Assembly (NCBI GenBank): GCA_965552135.1
Contig: CBEVQY010000029.1
Coordinates: 1-36,954, forward strand
DNA from: an uncultured bacterium
GTDB taxonomy: Bacteria > UBP14 > UBA6098 > B30-G16
Reading direction: 5' to 3'
Length of the DNA: 36,954 nucleotides
In this document: positions 1 through 9,140 of the stretch, piece by piece
Numbering within the stretch: the stretch's first letter is position 1
Layout: each line of letters starts with the position of its first letter
Position numbers and translations under genes: made by a program
The notes under the pieces: model-generated
Told to the model about the DNA's origin: nothing
Databases searched by the model: none
Seen by the model: the letters and a program-made list of their open reading frames with translations, nothing else

Positions 1-549
1 GGGACATACCTCTTCGCTGCGCTCGCCACCGGCGGGCACGTTAGGGTCGTGGGATGCAGACCCGAGCACCTTTCGGTGGTTTTGTTCAAGCTCGAGGAGA
101 TGGGCGCCGAGATAAGCGAGGGTCAGGACTGGGTCGAGATTTCCTCGCCCGAACGACCCAAGGCGACGGATATAATAACCGACCCCTACCCGGGCTTCCC
201 GACCGATATGCAGCCCTTGGCTATGGCGGTTTTGTGCAGGGCGGTCGGGACGAGCGTGGTGTGGGAGAGGATATTCGAGAACAGGTTTATCCACGTAATG
301 GAGCTTCAGCGCCTTGGCGCCAACATAACGGTTGCCGGCGATAAGGCTACGATCGTCGGCGTCGATTCGCTCGAGGGGGCTACCGTGATGGCGTCCGACA
401 TTCGCGCCGGCGCGGCTCTGACCATCGCAGCGCTTGCGGCAAAAGGAAAAAGCGTTGTAAAAAGGGTCTATCATATCGACAGGGGCTATCAGCGCCTCGA
501 GGAGAAACTCGCGTCCCTCGGAGCGAAAATAAAAAGGGTGGACCTGTAA
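1..549 (+). CDS. murA: UDP-N-acetylglucosamine 1-carboxyvinyltransferase, 5'-truncated by window edge
   Basis: Open frame from base 1. Motifs PYPGFPTDMQ, IFENRF, DIRAGAAL and YHIDRGY are typical of the MurA C-terminal half. Confidence 0.96.
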   Translation, partial: GTYLFAALATGGHVRVVGCRPEHLSVVLFKLEEMGAEISEGQDWVEISSPERPKATDIITDPYPGFPTDMQPLAMAVLCRAVGTSVVWERIFENRFIHVMELQRLGANITVAGDKATIVGVDSLEGATVMASDIRAGAALTIAALAAKGKSVVKRVYHIDRGYQRLEEKLASLGAKIKRVDL

Positions 550-567
550 GCAACCGGAGGCTTGGAG

Positions 568-981
568 ATGTCGGATTGGGTGGATATTCCACAGTATCCG
601 ACCTGCTTTGTGTGCGGCGATGAGAATCCGATAGGTCTTCGCGTCAGGTTTCGCGCGAGGGACAAGTACGTTGAGGCCGATTTCGTCCCTCAGCCCCATC
701 ACTGTGGCTACGAGGGCATAGTTCACGGCGGGATCGTGACCGCGCTTATGGACGAAGGCATGGGCTGGACGGGCTGGCTGAGCTTTGGACGATATTTCCT
801 CACCGTCGAACTTAACATACGCTTCAAACGCCCTGTGCGCGCTAAAACGAAGTATAAATTCACAGCCGAGCTCGTCCGCAAGATCGGTCAGATATACGTC
901 GCGAGGGGAAAGCTTATCGCTCCAAACGGCGATGTTGTCGCCGAGGGCGAGGGGAAATATTATATCACCGACGTTGTATGA
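568..981 (+). CDS. PaaI-family hot-dog-fold thioesterase
   Basis: CFVCG-NPIGL and GIVHGGIVTALMDE motifs; GGAGG at 556-560 precedes ATG 568. Confidence 0.88.
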   Translation: MSDWVDIPQYPTCFVCGDENPIGLRVRFRARDKYVEADFVPQPHHCGYEGIVHGGIVTALMDEGMGWTGWLSFGRYFLTVELNIRFKRPVRAKTKYKFTAELVRKIGQIYVARGKLIAPNGDVVAEGEGKYYITDVV

Positions 982-1742
982 GCCTCTCGGTGCTCATAAT
1001 AGTTTACAACGATGCCGAGAACCTGCGTGGTGCGCTTGATAGCGTTCGCTTTGCCGACGAGGTTGTGGTTGTGGACAACGGCAGCACCGACGGGAGCGGC
1101 GCGGTGGCGGAGAGTATGGGCGCAAAGGTCGTCCGGCTCAACGAAAACAAAGGGTATGTCGAGGCAAAAAGGATTGGGCTTAGGCACTGCGCCAACGAGT
1201 GGGTGCTCTGGCTCGATTCGGACGAGCGCGTAACGCCAGAGCTTGCCGACGAGATCAAAAAGGCGCTTTTGCGAAAGGACTTCGTCGCGTTCAAGTTCCC
1301 GCGGAAAAGCTTTTTCCTGGGCAGGTGGATCAGGCACTGCGGATGGTATCCCGACTACGTCGTAAGGCTTTTTAGGAAGGAGTGCGCCCGCTTCTCCGAC
1401 GACCTCGTCCACGAAAGGCTTGTGGTCGACGGACCCATAGGAAAGCTTTCAGCACCCATCCTGCACTACACCGACCCCAATTTGGAGCACTACCTGACGA
1501 AGTTCAACAGGTACACGACGCTTGCGGCGAAGCAGATGCTCGCCCAGGGCAGAAAACCCACCCTCTTCGATTTGCTCCTGAGGCCGCCGGCGACCTTCAT
1601 CAGAATGTATGTCCTCAAGCTCGGCTTCTTGGATGGGCTCGAAGGTTTTTTATTGTGCGCTTTGTCGGCGATGTATGTATTAGTAAAGTATTCTAAGGCG
1701 TGGTTTTCGCTGAGAGAGGCGGATCTGGAGGGCGCCAGATGA
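978..1742 (+). CDS. GT2 glycosyltransferase (LPS beta-1,4-glucosyltransferase/KdtX-WaaE-like)
   Basis: VVVDNGSTD, LDSDE, GWYPD, VHE and GFLDG motifs; ATGA overlap with the upstream gene. Confidence 0.9.
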   Translation: MSLSVLIIVYNDAENLRGALDSVRFADEVVVVDNGSTDGSGAVAESMGAKVVRLNENKGYVEAKRIGLRHCANEWVLWLDSDERVTPELADEIKKALLRKDFVAFKFPRKSFFLGRWIRHCGWYPDYVVRLFRKECARFSDDLVHERLVVDGPIGKLSAPILHYTDPNLEHYLTKFNRYTTLAAKQMLAQGRKPTLFDLLLRPPATFIRMYVLKLGFLDGLEGFLLCALSAMYVLVKYSKAWFSLREADLEGAR

Positions 1743-2665
1743 GGCTTTCGGGGTTCTCCTTCGTCCGAAACGCCATCGAGCTTGACTATCCGATAGTTGA
1801 GGCTATAAAATCCATATTGCCCATTGTTGACGAGTTCGTCGTTGCCTGTGGCGACTCCACCGACGGTACCACCGAGCTCGTTCGGTCCATCGAGGACCCC
1901 AAGATAAAGATAATCGAGACGGTGTGGGACCCGAAGGACTTCGTTGCCGGCAGATCAAACGCCGTGCAGACCAACATCGCACTCGACGCGTGCACCGGCG
2001 ATTGGTGTATATACCTCCAGGCGGATGAGGTGATCCACGAAAAGTACCTTCCGGTCATAGTAAAGGCGTGCGAGAAATATTTAGACGACCCCCGCGTGGA
2101 GGGTTTTTTACTTTCGTACAAGCACTTTTGGGGCGACTACTTCCACTATCAGTGGACGCATCACTGGTACAGGCGGGAGGTTCGCGTTGTTCGGAACGGC
2201 ATCGGCGTTCGGAGCTGGGGCAGCGCGCAGGGGTTCCGCATAAACGGGCGCAAGCTTCGGGTGATACACATCCCCGCCGAGGTCTTTCACTACGGCTGGG
2301 TCAGAGATCCCCTGAAGATGCGCAGGAAGATGATAGCCCTCGACACCGTCCACCACGGCGAGGCGGAGGCTCGACGGAGGAACGAGCCGCCCGACGTCCC
2401 CTTCGACTACGGCATCCCCGACCACCTTCGCGTCTACCACGGAACACCACCCGCCGTGATGAAGGACAGAATCGCCAGGCGAAACTGGGATTGGATCCCA
2501 GAGACCCCAACGCGCCACAAGCACGACAGACTCCTTGTCCGGCTGTGGTCGTGGATAGAGGAGAAGGTCCTCCGTACGAGGATAGGCGAGTATCGCAACT
2601 ACGTTCTCCTCGGCTACGACCACTCCCTCGGCGTGTGGGTTGGTCGCAGCCTCGACGAGATTTAA
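1739..2665 (+). CDS. GT2 glycosyltransferase
   Basis: SGFSFVRNA..DYP, GDSTDGT, YLQADE and HYGWV motifs. Start placed at ATG 1739 (ATGA overlap) rather than 1700. Confidence 0.85.
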   Translation: MRLSGFSFVRNAIELDYPIVEAIKSILPIVDEFVVACGDSTDGTTELVRSIEDPKIKIIETVWDPKDFVAGRSNAVQTNIALDACTGDWCIYLQADEVIHEKYLPVIVKACEKYLDDPRVEGFLLSYKHFWGDYFHYQWTHHWYRREVRVVRNGIGVRSWGSAQGFRINGRKLRVIHIPAEVFHYGWVRDPLKMRRKMIALDTVHHGEAEARRRNEPPDVPFDYGIPDHLRVYHGTPPAVMKDRIARRNWDWIPETPTRHKHDRLLVRLWSWIEEKVLRTRIGEYRNYVLLGYDHSLGVWVGRSLDEI

Positions 2666-3129
2666 CCTCCCCTGCCCCTCAGGCGCTCGAAGAAAGCTCT
2701 CATAAGCTTTTGTGCCTCCTCGGCAAGGATTCCCCCGAGCGCCGGCGGGTGGTGGTCGAAGGCGGGGTCGACGGTAAGGTTCCACACCGTTCCGCATGCG
2801 CCGAGCTCGCGGTTTGCGGCACCGAAGACGATGCGCTCAACGCGCGCGAGGATCATCGCCGCGGTGCACATTGGGCACGGCTCAAGCGTAACATAGACCG
2901 TTGCCCGTTCGAGGCGCCAGTTGCCAAGCGTTTTTGCCGCCGCGCGGAGCGCAAAAAGCTCGGCGTGGGCGGTTGGATCGCAAAGCTCCTCGACCCGGTT
3001 GTGACCGGCGCCCACGATTTCGCCGCCCACAACGACAACGCACCCAACCGGAACCTCGCCCCTGGCAAACGCCTCCTCAGCCTCCCGAAGGGCGGCGCGC
3101 ATAAACCTTTCGTCGTCGGGGAAGTGCAT
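2662..3129 (-). CDS. tadA: tRNA adenosine(34) deaminase
   Basis: GEVPVG, DPTAHAE and TLEPCPMC zinc-deaminase motifs; start at ATG 3129 (MHFPDDERFM). Confidence 0.93.
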   Translation of the reverse strand: MHFPDDERFMRAALREAEEAFARGEVPVGCVVVVGGEIVGAGHNRVEELCDPTAHAELFALRAAAKTLGNWRLERATVYVTLEPCPMCTAAMILARVERIVFGAANRELGACGTVWNLTVDPAFDHHPPALGGILAEEAQKLMRAFFERLRGRGG

Positions 3130-3136
3130 CGACCGA

Positions 3137-3164
3137 AGAATAAACCTTTCAGGCGGGTGCGCAA
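3137..3164 (-). promoter_or_regulatory. Putative sigma70 promoter of tadA (leaderless geometry)
   Basis: Minus strand TTGCGC-N16-TATTCT, with the -10 ending 7 nt before the ATG; no SD sequence. Confidence 0.55.
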
Positions 3165-3189
3165 GGGCAAAAGACAACCCAAAAAACGC

Positions 3190-3218
3190 TTGCAGCCTGC
3201 GTGGTCCGTTTTTATCTT
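3190..3218 (+). promoter_or_regulatory. Putative sigma70 promoter of the rnf operon
   Basis: TTGCAG-N17-TATCTT preceded by A-tracts, divergent from tadA. Confidence 0.55.
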
Positions 3219-3265
3219 CGTTGGGATTTCTCGGGCTTGGTGAGCGTAGAAGCCAAGGAGGAGCG

Positions 3266-4309
3266 TTGGACACGAAGGGTTTTTACGTGTCGTCTTCGCC
3301 GCACGTGAAGGCTCGTGTGAGCACGAAGACGATAATGTGGAATGTGGTTTTAGCCCTCGTTCCTGCGCTTTTGGCATCGATATACTTCTTTGGAGCAAGG
3401 GCGCTTTGGCTTTCGCTTCTGGGTGTGGCTGGAGCTGTTGGCGCCGAAGCCGCGGTTCAGGCACTAAGCGGCAAAAGGGTCACCGTTGACGACGGCAGCG
3501 CCGTCATAACGGGACTGCTTTTGGCTTTCAACCTGCCTCCTGGCGTTCCTTGGTGGATGCCCGTCGTCGGCGCAGCCTTCGGAATAATATTCGGAAAACA
3601 GATCTTCGGCGGGCTGGGGAACAACCCCCTGAACCCCGCTTTGGTTGGTCGCGCCTTCCTTATGGCGTCCTGGCCCGTCGAGATGACGACCAAGTGGCTC
3701 CCGCCGCGTGGGGGATCTATACCTGGCATCGCAACCAAGATCAACGCCATAACCGGCGCAACGCCTCTGGGCGTGCTCAAGACCTTTGTCGGAAAAACCC
3801 TCGCCAACCCCGACGCCACGCCCCAGCAGATAGCCCAGGCAAAGCAAACGCTTGCGCAGCTATACTCCGCTTGGCCGAACCTCTTCTTCGGCAACGTCGG
3901 CGGCGTCCTGGGCGAAACGTCGGCGGCAATGCTTATCCTGGGATTTTTGTATCTGCTCATCCGCCGTTTCGTCGACTGGAGGATCCCCCTCTCGTACATC
4001 GCGACAGCCGCCGTGTTGGGGTGGATATTCGGCAGCCCCACGGGGCTTTGCAAGATGAACGTCCTCTTCTACATCTTCAGCGGTGGTCTTATGCTGGGCG
4101 CGCTCTTTATGGCAACCGATATGGTCACATCCCCCACAACGCCCAAAGGGCGCTGGATCTTCGGGATCGGATGTGGGATACTTACCGTGGTCATAAGGCG
4201 CTGGGGAGGATACCCCGAGGGCGTTTCGTACTCCATCTTGCTTATGAACCTGACCGTTCCGCTTATAGATCGCCACACTATGCCGAGGCGGTTCGGCACA
4301 AAGAGGTGA
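3266..4309 (+). CDS. rnfD: Rnf electron transport complex subunit D
   Basis: SSSPH, GGLGNNPLNPALVGRAFL, ITGATPL (FMN site), FMATDMVTSP and YPEGVSYSILLMN motifs; AAGGAGG then TTG at 3266. Confidence 0.96.
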   Translation: MDTKGFYVSSSPHVKARVSTKTIMWNVVLALVPALLASIYFFGARALWLSLLGVAGAVGAEAAVQALSGKRVTVDDGSAVITGLLLAFNLPPGVPWWMPVVGAAFGIIFGKQIFGGLGNNPLNPALVGRAFLMASWPVEMTTKWLPPRGGSIPGIATKINAITGATPLGVLKTFVGKTLANPDATPQQIAQAKQTLAQLYSAWPNLFFGNVGGVLGETSAAMLILGFLYLLIRRFVDWRIPLSYIATAAVLGWIFGSPTGLCKMNVLFYIFSGGLMLGALFMATDMVTSPTTPKGRWIFGIGCGILTVVIRRWGGYPEGVSYSILLMNLTVPLIDRHTMPRRFGTKR

Positions 4310-4345
4310 TCGCCGGCTTCAGCCCCAACTGGGACGGAGGTCGAG

Positions 4346-4945
4346 ATGAAGGATATAGTTAAGCTTGGCGCAACGCTTATGATTTACGCTGCGTTGGCGG
4401 GGCTTTTTTTGGGCTGGGTTTACACGAAGACGGCGCCGCAGATCGCAAAGCAGCAGCGGCTTGAGCGCGAGAGAGCGATAAGGGAGGTCATGCCCGCAGG
4501 CGCAACCGTCTTCGACGAGGACACACTCCCCGACGGAACCGTGGTCGTTGTTGGCTACGCCGACGAGACGAAGGAAAGGCCCGTCGGCTACGCCGCCGTC
4601 GCTGTCGGAGCAGGCTTCTCGAGCAACATAAAGACGATGGTCGGTCTGAACACAGACCTAACCGTCAGCGCGATAAAGGTGCTCTATCAGTCCGAAACGC
4701 CTGGTCTTGGCACGCACACGCAGGACGAATGGTTCCAGAAGCAGTTTGCGGGAAAAGGTCCAGAGGAGCTTTTGGTGGACAAGGACGGCGGTGCGATAAA
4801 GTCGATAACGGGCGCGACGATATCATCCCGTGCCGTGGCAAACTCGGTGCGGGCATTGGTGGAAAAGCTTAGGGCATCGATGGCCGGAAGCCCACAGCCT
4901 CAAAACGCCGAAGCCGACACAGGCGCGCCAGACCGAACGCCATGA
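4346..4945 (+). CDS. rnfG: Rnf electron transport complex subunit G
   Basis: N-terminal TM anchor, ETPGLG, and ITGATISS covalent FMN motif. Confidence 0.94.
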   Translation: MKDIVKLGATLMIYAALAGLFLGWVYTKTAPQIAKQQRLERERAIREVMPAGATVFDEDTLPDGTVVVVGYADETKERPVGYAAVAVGAGFSSNIKTMVGLNTDLTVSAIKVLYQSETPGLGTHTQDEWFQKQFAGKGPEELLVDKDGGAIKSITGATISSRAVANSVRALVEKLRASMAGSPQPQNAEADTGAPDRTP

Positions 4946-5391
4946 AGCTCGAAAATCTTCTGGACAAGAAGTTCATAAAGCTTCTGCGGAGCAGGAGGAA
5001 GCAGGAGGCGCTCGAGGAGCTCATCGCGCTTGTGGCGGACTCGGGGAAGGTAAGGGACGTGGAAAAGCTTAGGGAAAGCATCTTTTACAGAGAGAAGCTC
5101 ATGAGCACAGGGATTGGACTTGGCATAGCGGTTCCCCACGTTAGGCTTGAGGGCGTCTCTGAGCCCGTCGTTGCCGTCGGGATAAGCAGGGAGGGGATAG
5201 AGGACTACGAATCGATAGACGACTCTGTGGTCAAGTTCGTGTTTATGATCATTGTCGGCAAGGAGCAGCACAAGCTCTACATAAGGCTTCTTTCCGATGT
5301 AGTTTCGCGGCTAAGGAGCGAGGATGTGAGGCGGAGGCTTGAGTCAGCCTCCTGCGTCGACGAGGTTTACGAGATCCTGGGAGGGCGATGA
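4942..5391 (+). CDS. PTS EIIA domain protein (fructose/mannitol/Ntr family)
   Basis: REKLMSTGIGLGIAVPH with the phospho-accepting His; ATGA overlap with rnfG. Confidence 0.92.
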   Translation: MKLENLLDKKFIKLLRSRRKQEALEELIALVADSGKVRDVEKLRESIFYREKLMSTGIGLGIAVPHVRLEGVSEPVVAVGISREGIEDYESIDDSVVKFVFMIIVGKEQHKLYIRLLSDVVSRLRSEDVRRRLESASCVDEVYEILGGR

Positions 5392-7070
5392 AGAGCTTAG
5401 CCGACACTTTGTCGGGGCTTACGCCCCATCTCAACGTCCTCTTCCTTTTGGGTCTGGCGCTCTTCGGCGGGACCGTTGGGGGGAGGGTCTTCCAGAAGCT
5501 GCGGATACCGCGAGTTGTGGGTTACATAGTTGTCGGCGTTGTGCTCGGGAAGACGGCTCTCAACGTTATCGATGAGCACACGCTGCAGGCGCTGCGCCCC
5601 TTCAGCTACTTCGCGCTTGGCATCATAGGCTTTATGATAGGCGGCGAGCTCAAGAAGTCGGTCTTCAAGAAGCACGGGAAGGAGTTTTTATATATACTGC
5701 TTGGCGAGGGGCTCCTTTCGTTCGCCTTGGTGACCGTTCTTACGGTTGCTGTGGGGTCGTTGTTTATTCGCGATGCGCGCCTTTTGTGGTCGGTGGGTTT
5801 GCTTTTGGGCGCGATATCGTCCGCCACGGCGCCCGCCGGAACAACCGATGTCCTCTGGGAGTATCGAACGAAAGGCCCCGTGACCCAAACCCTCCTTGCC
5901 ATAGTTGCCCTCGACGACAGCCTCTCGCTTTTGCTTTTCGCCTTTGCGGCAAGCGTTGCCAACGTCCTTTTGGGGCTTGAGGGCGCCCAAAGCTTCCTTG
6001 CGCTCCTTGAGCGCCCGGTTTACGAGATAGCAGGTTCGATCGTCGTCGGCGGCGCGTCGGGAATGCTTCTGGCAAAGCTTTTCCGCAGGCAGGTCGACAG
6101 AGAGAGGGGGCTTGTGTTCTCCATCGGAACCGTCCTTTTGGTGATCGGCGTCGCCAGGGTGCTCGAGGTCGACCTCATATTGGCGTCGATGGCGCTGGGC
6201 GTTGCCGTCGCAAACTACTCGCCCCGCAAAAGCAAAGAGCTCTTCGAGCTTGTGGAGGGTTTCAGCCCGCCCATATATGTGCTTTTCTTCGTGCTTTTCG
6301 GCGCAAGCCTCAACATCTCACGCCTTCCGCTTTTCGGGATCGCCCTCGCCCTCGCCTACATCGTTGGAAGGACCGCCGGCAAAATGCTTGGCGCAGCGCT
6401 TGGTGCTCGCATCGCCAGAGCCCCCGACGTCGTGCGAAGGTATCTTCCGCCCTGTCTGTTCAGTCAGGCGGGTGTTGCCATCGGTTTGTCCATCCTTGTC
6501 GCGCAGAAGTTCCAAAGCGACATTGGAAACCTCGTAGCCGTCGTGATAACGACGACGACGTTTATCGTCCAGCTCATAGGTCCGCCGGCGATAAAGTGGG
6601 CTGTGACGAGGGCTGGCGAAGTGGGGCTGAACATCACCGAGGAGGACCTGATCAAAAAGTACAAGGTCGCAGACGTTATGGACACGAAGATCCCAAGGAT
6701 CTACGAGGAGACGCCCCTTTCAAAGGTGCTCCAGATATTCAGCGAAAACGACTACCTCCACTACCCCGTCGTCAACGACGATGGCAAGCTTGTGGGGGTT
6801 TTGACCATAGAGCACCTCAAGGACAGCTTCACCGCTTTGGGTCTTCAGGAGTTTCTCCTTGCCCACGATATAATGGATGCTCCCGTTGCCGTCGTCACCC
6901 CGCAGACGGATATGCCCTCTGCCACAGAGCTTATGAGGAAGTACGACGTAAGCTACCTCCCTGTGGTCAACGGCGAGGGGAGGCTTGCGGGCTTCATCGA
7001 GGCTCGAAGCGTGCGAAAGCTTGTTTCCCAAAGGCTTGCCCAGATGCAACAGAAGGTTCAGTTCGCGTGA
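5388..7070 (+). CDS. Cation:proton antiporter (Na_H_Exchanger, CPA2-like) with C-terminal CBS pair
   Basis: Polytopic membrane protein with SATAPA, ALDD, FFVLFGA, GRTAGK and QAGVAIGL motifs; then two CBS repeats (VADVM..YPVVNDDGKLVG, LPVVNGEGRLAG). Confidence 0.9.
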   Translation: MKSLADTLSGLTPHLNVLFLLGLALFGGTVGGRVFQKLRIPRVVGYIVVGVVLGKTALNVIDEHTLQALRPFSYFALGIIGFMIGGELKKSVFKKHGKEFLYILLGEGLLSFALVTVLTVAVGSLFIRDARLLWSVGLLLGAISSATAPAGTTDVLWEYRTKGPVTQTLLAIVALDDSLSLLLFAFAASVANVLLGLEGAQSFLALLERPVYEIAGSIVVGGASGMLLAKLFRRQVDRERGLVFSIGTVLLVIGVARVLEVDLILASMALGVAVANYSPRKSKELFELVEGFSPPIYVLFFVLFGASLNISRLPLFGIALALAYIVGRTAGKMLGAALGARIARAPDVVRRYLPPCLFSQAGVAIGLSILVAQKFQSDIGNLVAVVITTTTFIVQLIGPPAIKWAVTRAGEVGLNITEEDLIKKYKVADVMDTKIPRIYEETPLSKVLQIFSENDYLHYPVVNDDGKLVGVLTIEHLKDSFTALGLQEFLLAHDIMDAPVAVVTPQTDMPSATELMRKYDVSYLPVVNGEGRLAGFIEARSVRKLVSQRLAQMQQKVQFA

Positions 7071-7091
7071 AAAATCCAGCGGAGGCGCGAT

Positions 7092-7706
7092 ATGCTCAGG
7101 GAATTTGTAAAAGGGATCGTCAAGGAAAACCCGATACTGGTTTTGGCGCTGGGGCTTTGCCCCGCACTGGCAACATCCACGACGGCGTACAACGGCATCG
7201 GAATGGGGGTTGCGGCGTCGTTTGTGCTTGTTATGTCGAACCTTATCATCTCGCTGATACGCAAGACCGTCCCGCAGAGGATAAGGATACCGATCTTCAT
7301 CACCGTCATCGCGACTTTCGTCACCATAACCAAGCTCGTTATGGCAGCCTACACCCCTGATCTTTCGAAGCAGCTTGGTATCTTCATCCCTCTCATCGTT
7401 GTGAACTGCATAATCCTTGGTCGTGCCGAGGCTTTTGCGAGCAAGAACGGCGTTGTGCGCTCCGTTCTCGACGGACTTGGTATGGGTCTTGGGTTCACGC
7501 TGGTCCTCTTCATCGCCGGCGCGATAAGGGAGATACTCGGCAGCGGCACGCTCACCGTGGGCTTCCCGATGGTTGCGGGGCCGGTATCGCTCAACGTGAT
7601 GGGGAGGGGGTATAGCCCCGCGCTTCTTATGATTCTTCCGCCGGGCGGGTTCCTTACGTTCGGAACGCTTATGTGGCTCAAGCAACTCCTTTCGCAGAGG
7701 TCGTGA
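7092..7706 (+). CDS. rnfE: Rnf electron transport complex subunit E
   Basis: ENP..LGLCPALA, IPLIVVNCIILGRAEAFASK and LPPGGF motifs; GGAGG SD. Confidence 0.96.
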   Translation: MLREFVKGIVKENPILVLALGLCPALATSTTAYNGIGMGVAASFVLVMSNLIISLIRKTVPQRIRIPIFITVIATFVTITKLVMAAYTPDLSKQLGIFIPLIVVNCIILGRAEAFASKNGVVRSVLDGLGMGLGFTLVLFIAGAIREILGSGTLTVGFPMVAGPVSLNVMGRGYSPALLMILPPGGFLTFGTLMWLKQLLSQRS

Positions 7707-8071
7707 TGCTGGACGATGTTCACAGGAGGCTTGCGGAGTCGTCGCGCTTTTTGGGCGAGGGCGACGTTGGCAGCGCCATCTCGGCGCTCGAGGTGGCTGT
7801 TCGCGCGGCTATCACCGCCCTCGAGTCGGCGCTCGGCAAACCCAACTTCGGCGCGCCGCTTGCGGAAAGGTTCGCATCCTTCACCGACGACCCCAACATC
7901 GTCAACGCGGCAAAGGTCATCGAGGAGCTTTTCGACCCAACGATCATCCCCGTTGGCTTCGACCAGGGAACGGAGGAACCCCATATATCGCCGGGTCAGG
8001 CGGCGATGGCGCTTAGGTACGCCGAGGCGCTCGTCGATTTCGTCGAGAAAAAGCTCGGAGGTGAGGGGTGA
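7706..8071 (+). CDS. Degenerate HEPN-like protein
   Basis: Aligns by eye over its full length with the downstream HEPN protein but lacks its conserved HQ..E, GH and RY residues. ATG overlaps the rnfE stop (TGATG). Confidence 0.6.
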   Translation: MLDDVHRRLAESSRFLGEGDVGSAISALEVAVRAAITALESALGKPNFGAPLAERFASFTDDPNIVNAAKVIEELFDPTIIPVGFDQGTEEPHISPGQAAMALRYAEALVDFVEKKLGGEG

Positions 8072-8490
8072 GTCGCTTCGGTGATTGGCTTGAACAGGCA
8101 AAGCGTGATCTTGAGGCTGCGCGGTGGGCGATGGACGGCGGCTTTTGGGATGTCGCCGCGTTCTACGCCCATCAGGCTGCCGAGCTTGCCGCAAGGGCTG
8201 TGTTTGTAGCCCGCAAGGATGAGCGCAAGGGGCATGCGGTTTCGCTCCTTTTGGGCGAGCTTGGCGCACCCGAGGCGCTTGTCGAGGCTGCGCAGGAGCT
8301 CGATCACCACTACATCGGCGCGCGATACCCCGACGTGTACGCCATGGGCGCGCCGATGAAATTCTACAACAAAAAGCTTGCCGAAAGGATGGTCGGGTGT
8401 GCCGAAAAGGTCATCGCCTTCGCGGAGGAGAAGATTCAGGCGCTGCCTCTGATCGAAAACTATAAAGAAGCCAAGGAGGGCTCCCAATGA
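8068..8490 (+). CDS. HEPN domain protein (COG2250-type)
   Basis: [21 protein letters not shown] and [12 protein letters not shown] motifs; GTGA overlap. Confidence 0.9.
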   Translation: MSRFGDWLEQAKRDLEAARWAMDGGFWDVAAFYAHQAAELAARAVFVARKDERKGHAVSLLLGELGAPEALVEAAQELDHHYIGARYPDVYAMGAPMKFYNKKLAERMVGCAEKVIAFAEEKIQALPLIENYKEAKEGSQ

Positions 8491-9137
8491 GCTTCGGGTC
8501 GCTTGTAGCGCTGGCGATAAGCGCCATATTCATAAACAACTTCGTCCTGTCGCGCTTTTTGGGGCTTTGCCCCTTCATGGGCGTGTCGAAAAGAACCGAA
8601 ACCGCCCTGGGAATGGGAATGGCGGTCATCTTCGTGATGACTATGTCATCGGCGATAACCTGGATCATATGGACCTATTTCCTCCTGCCCACGAAGTCGA
8701 ACGTGCTCTACCTTTTGTTCAAAGCCTTCGGAGCCGACGTTACCCCCGACAGGTTCGACCTCTCCTACCTCGAGACCATCGCTTTCATCCTCGTCATAGC
8801 GTCCTTCGTCCAGCTTGTGGAGATGGTTATCCAGAAGACCTCACCGGGGCTTTACGAGGCTTTGGGCATCTATCTTCCGCTTATAACCACAAACTGCGCC
8901 GTTTTGGGCGTTGCGGAGCTTAATACCATGTCGATGAACCTCAACTTCCTCGAAAGCATCGTTCACGGCTTTGCGGCGGGGATAGGCTTTACTGTGGCGC
9001 TTCTGCTTATGAGCGGCATAAGGGAGCGGCTCGAGCTCGTTGATATACCTAAGCCCATGCGTGGGCTGCCCATTGCCTTCATGACGGCAGCCCTCATGTC
9101 GATGGCGTTTCTGGGGTTTTCCGGACTCAAGTTTTAG
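8487..9137 (+). CDS. rnfA: Rnf electron transport complex subunit A
   Basis: [19 protein letters not shown] and [16 protein letters not shown] motifs; AAGGAGG SD. Confidence 0.96.
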   Translation: MSFGSLVALAISAIFINNFVLSRFLGLCPFMGVSKRTETALGMGMAVIFVMTMSSAITWIIWTYFLLPTKSNVLYLLFKAFGADVTPDRFDLSYLETIAFILVIASFVQLVEMVIQKTSPGLYEALGIYLPLITTNCAVLGVAELNTMSMNLNFLESIVHGFAAGIGFTVALLLMSGIRERLELVDIPKPMRGLPIAFMTAALMSMAFLGFSGLKF

Positions 9138-9140
9138 CCT

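Noticed and set aside
4307..4348. rnfD TGA is in frame with rnfG across 36 stop-free nt (possible read-through/Sec fusion)
   Set aside because: RnfD ends at its normal C-terminus and rnfG has its own GGAGG SD; no convincing SECIS-like hairpin. An in-frame gap is expected by chance.
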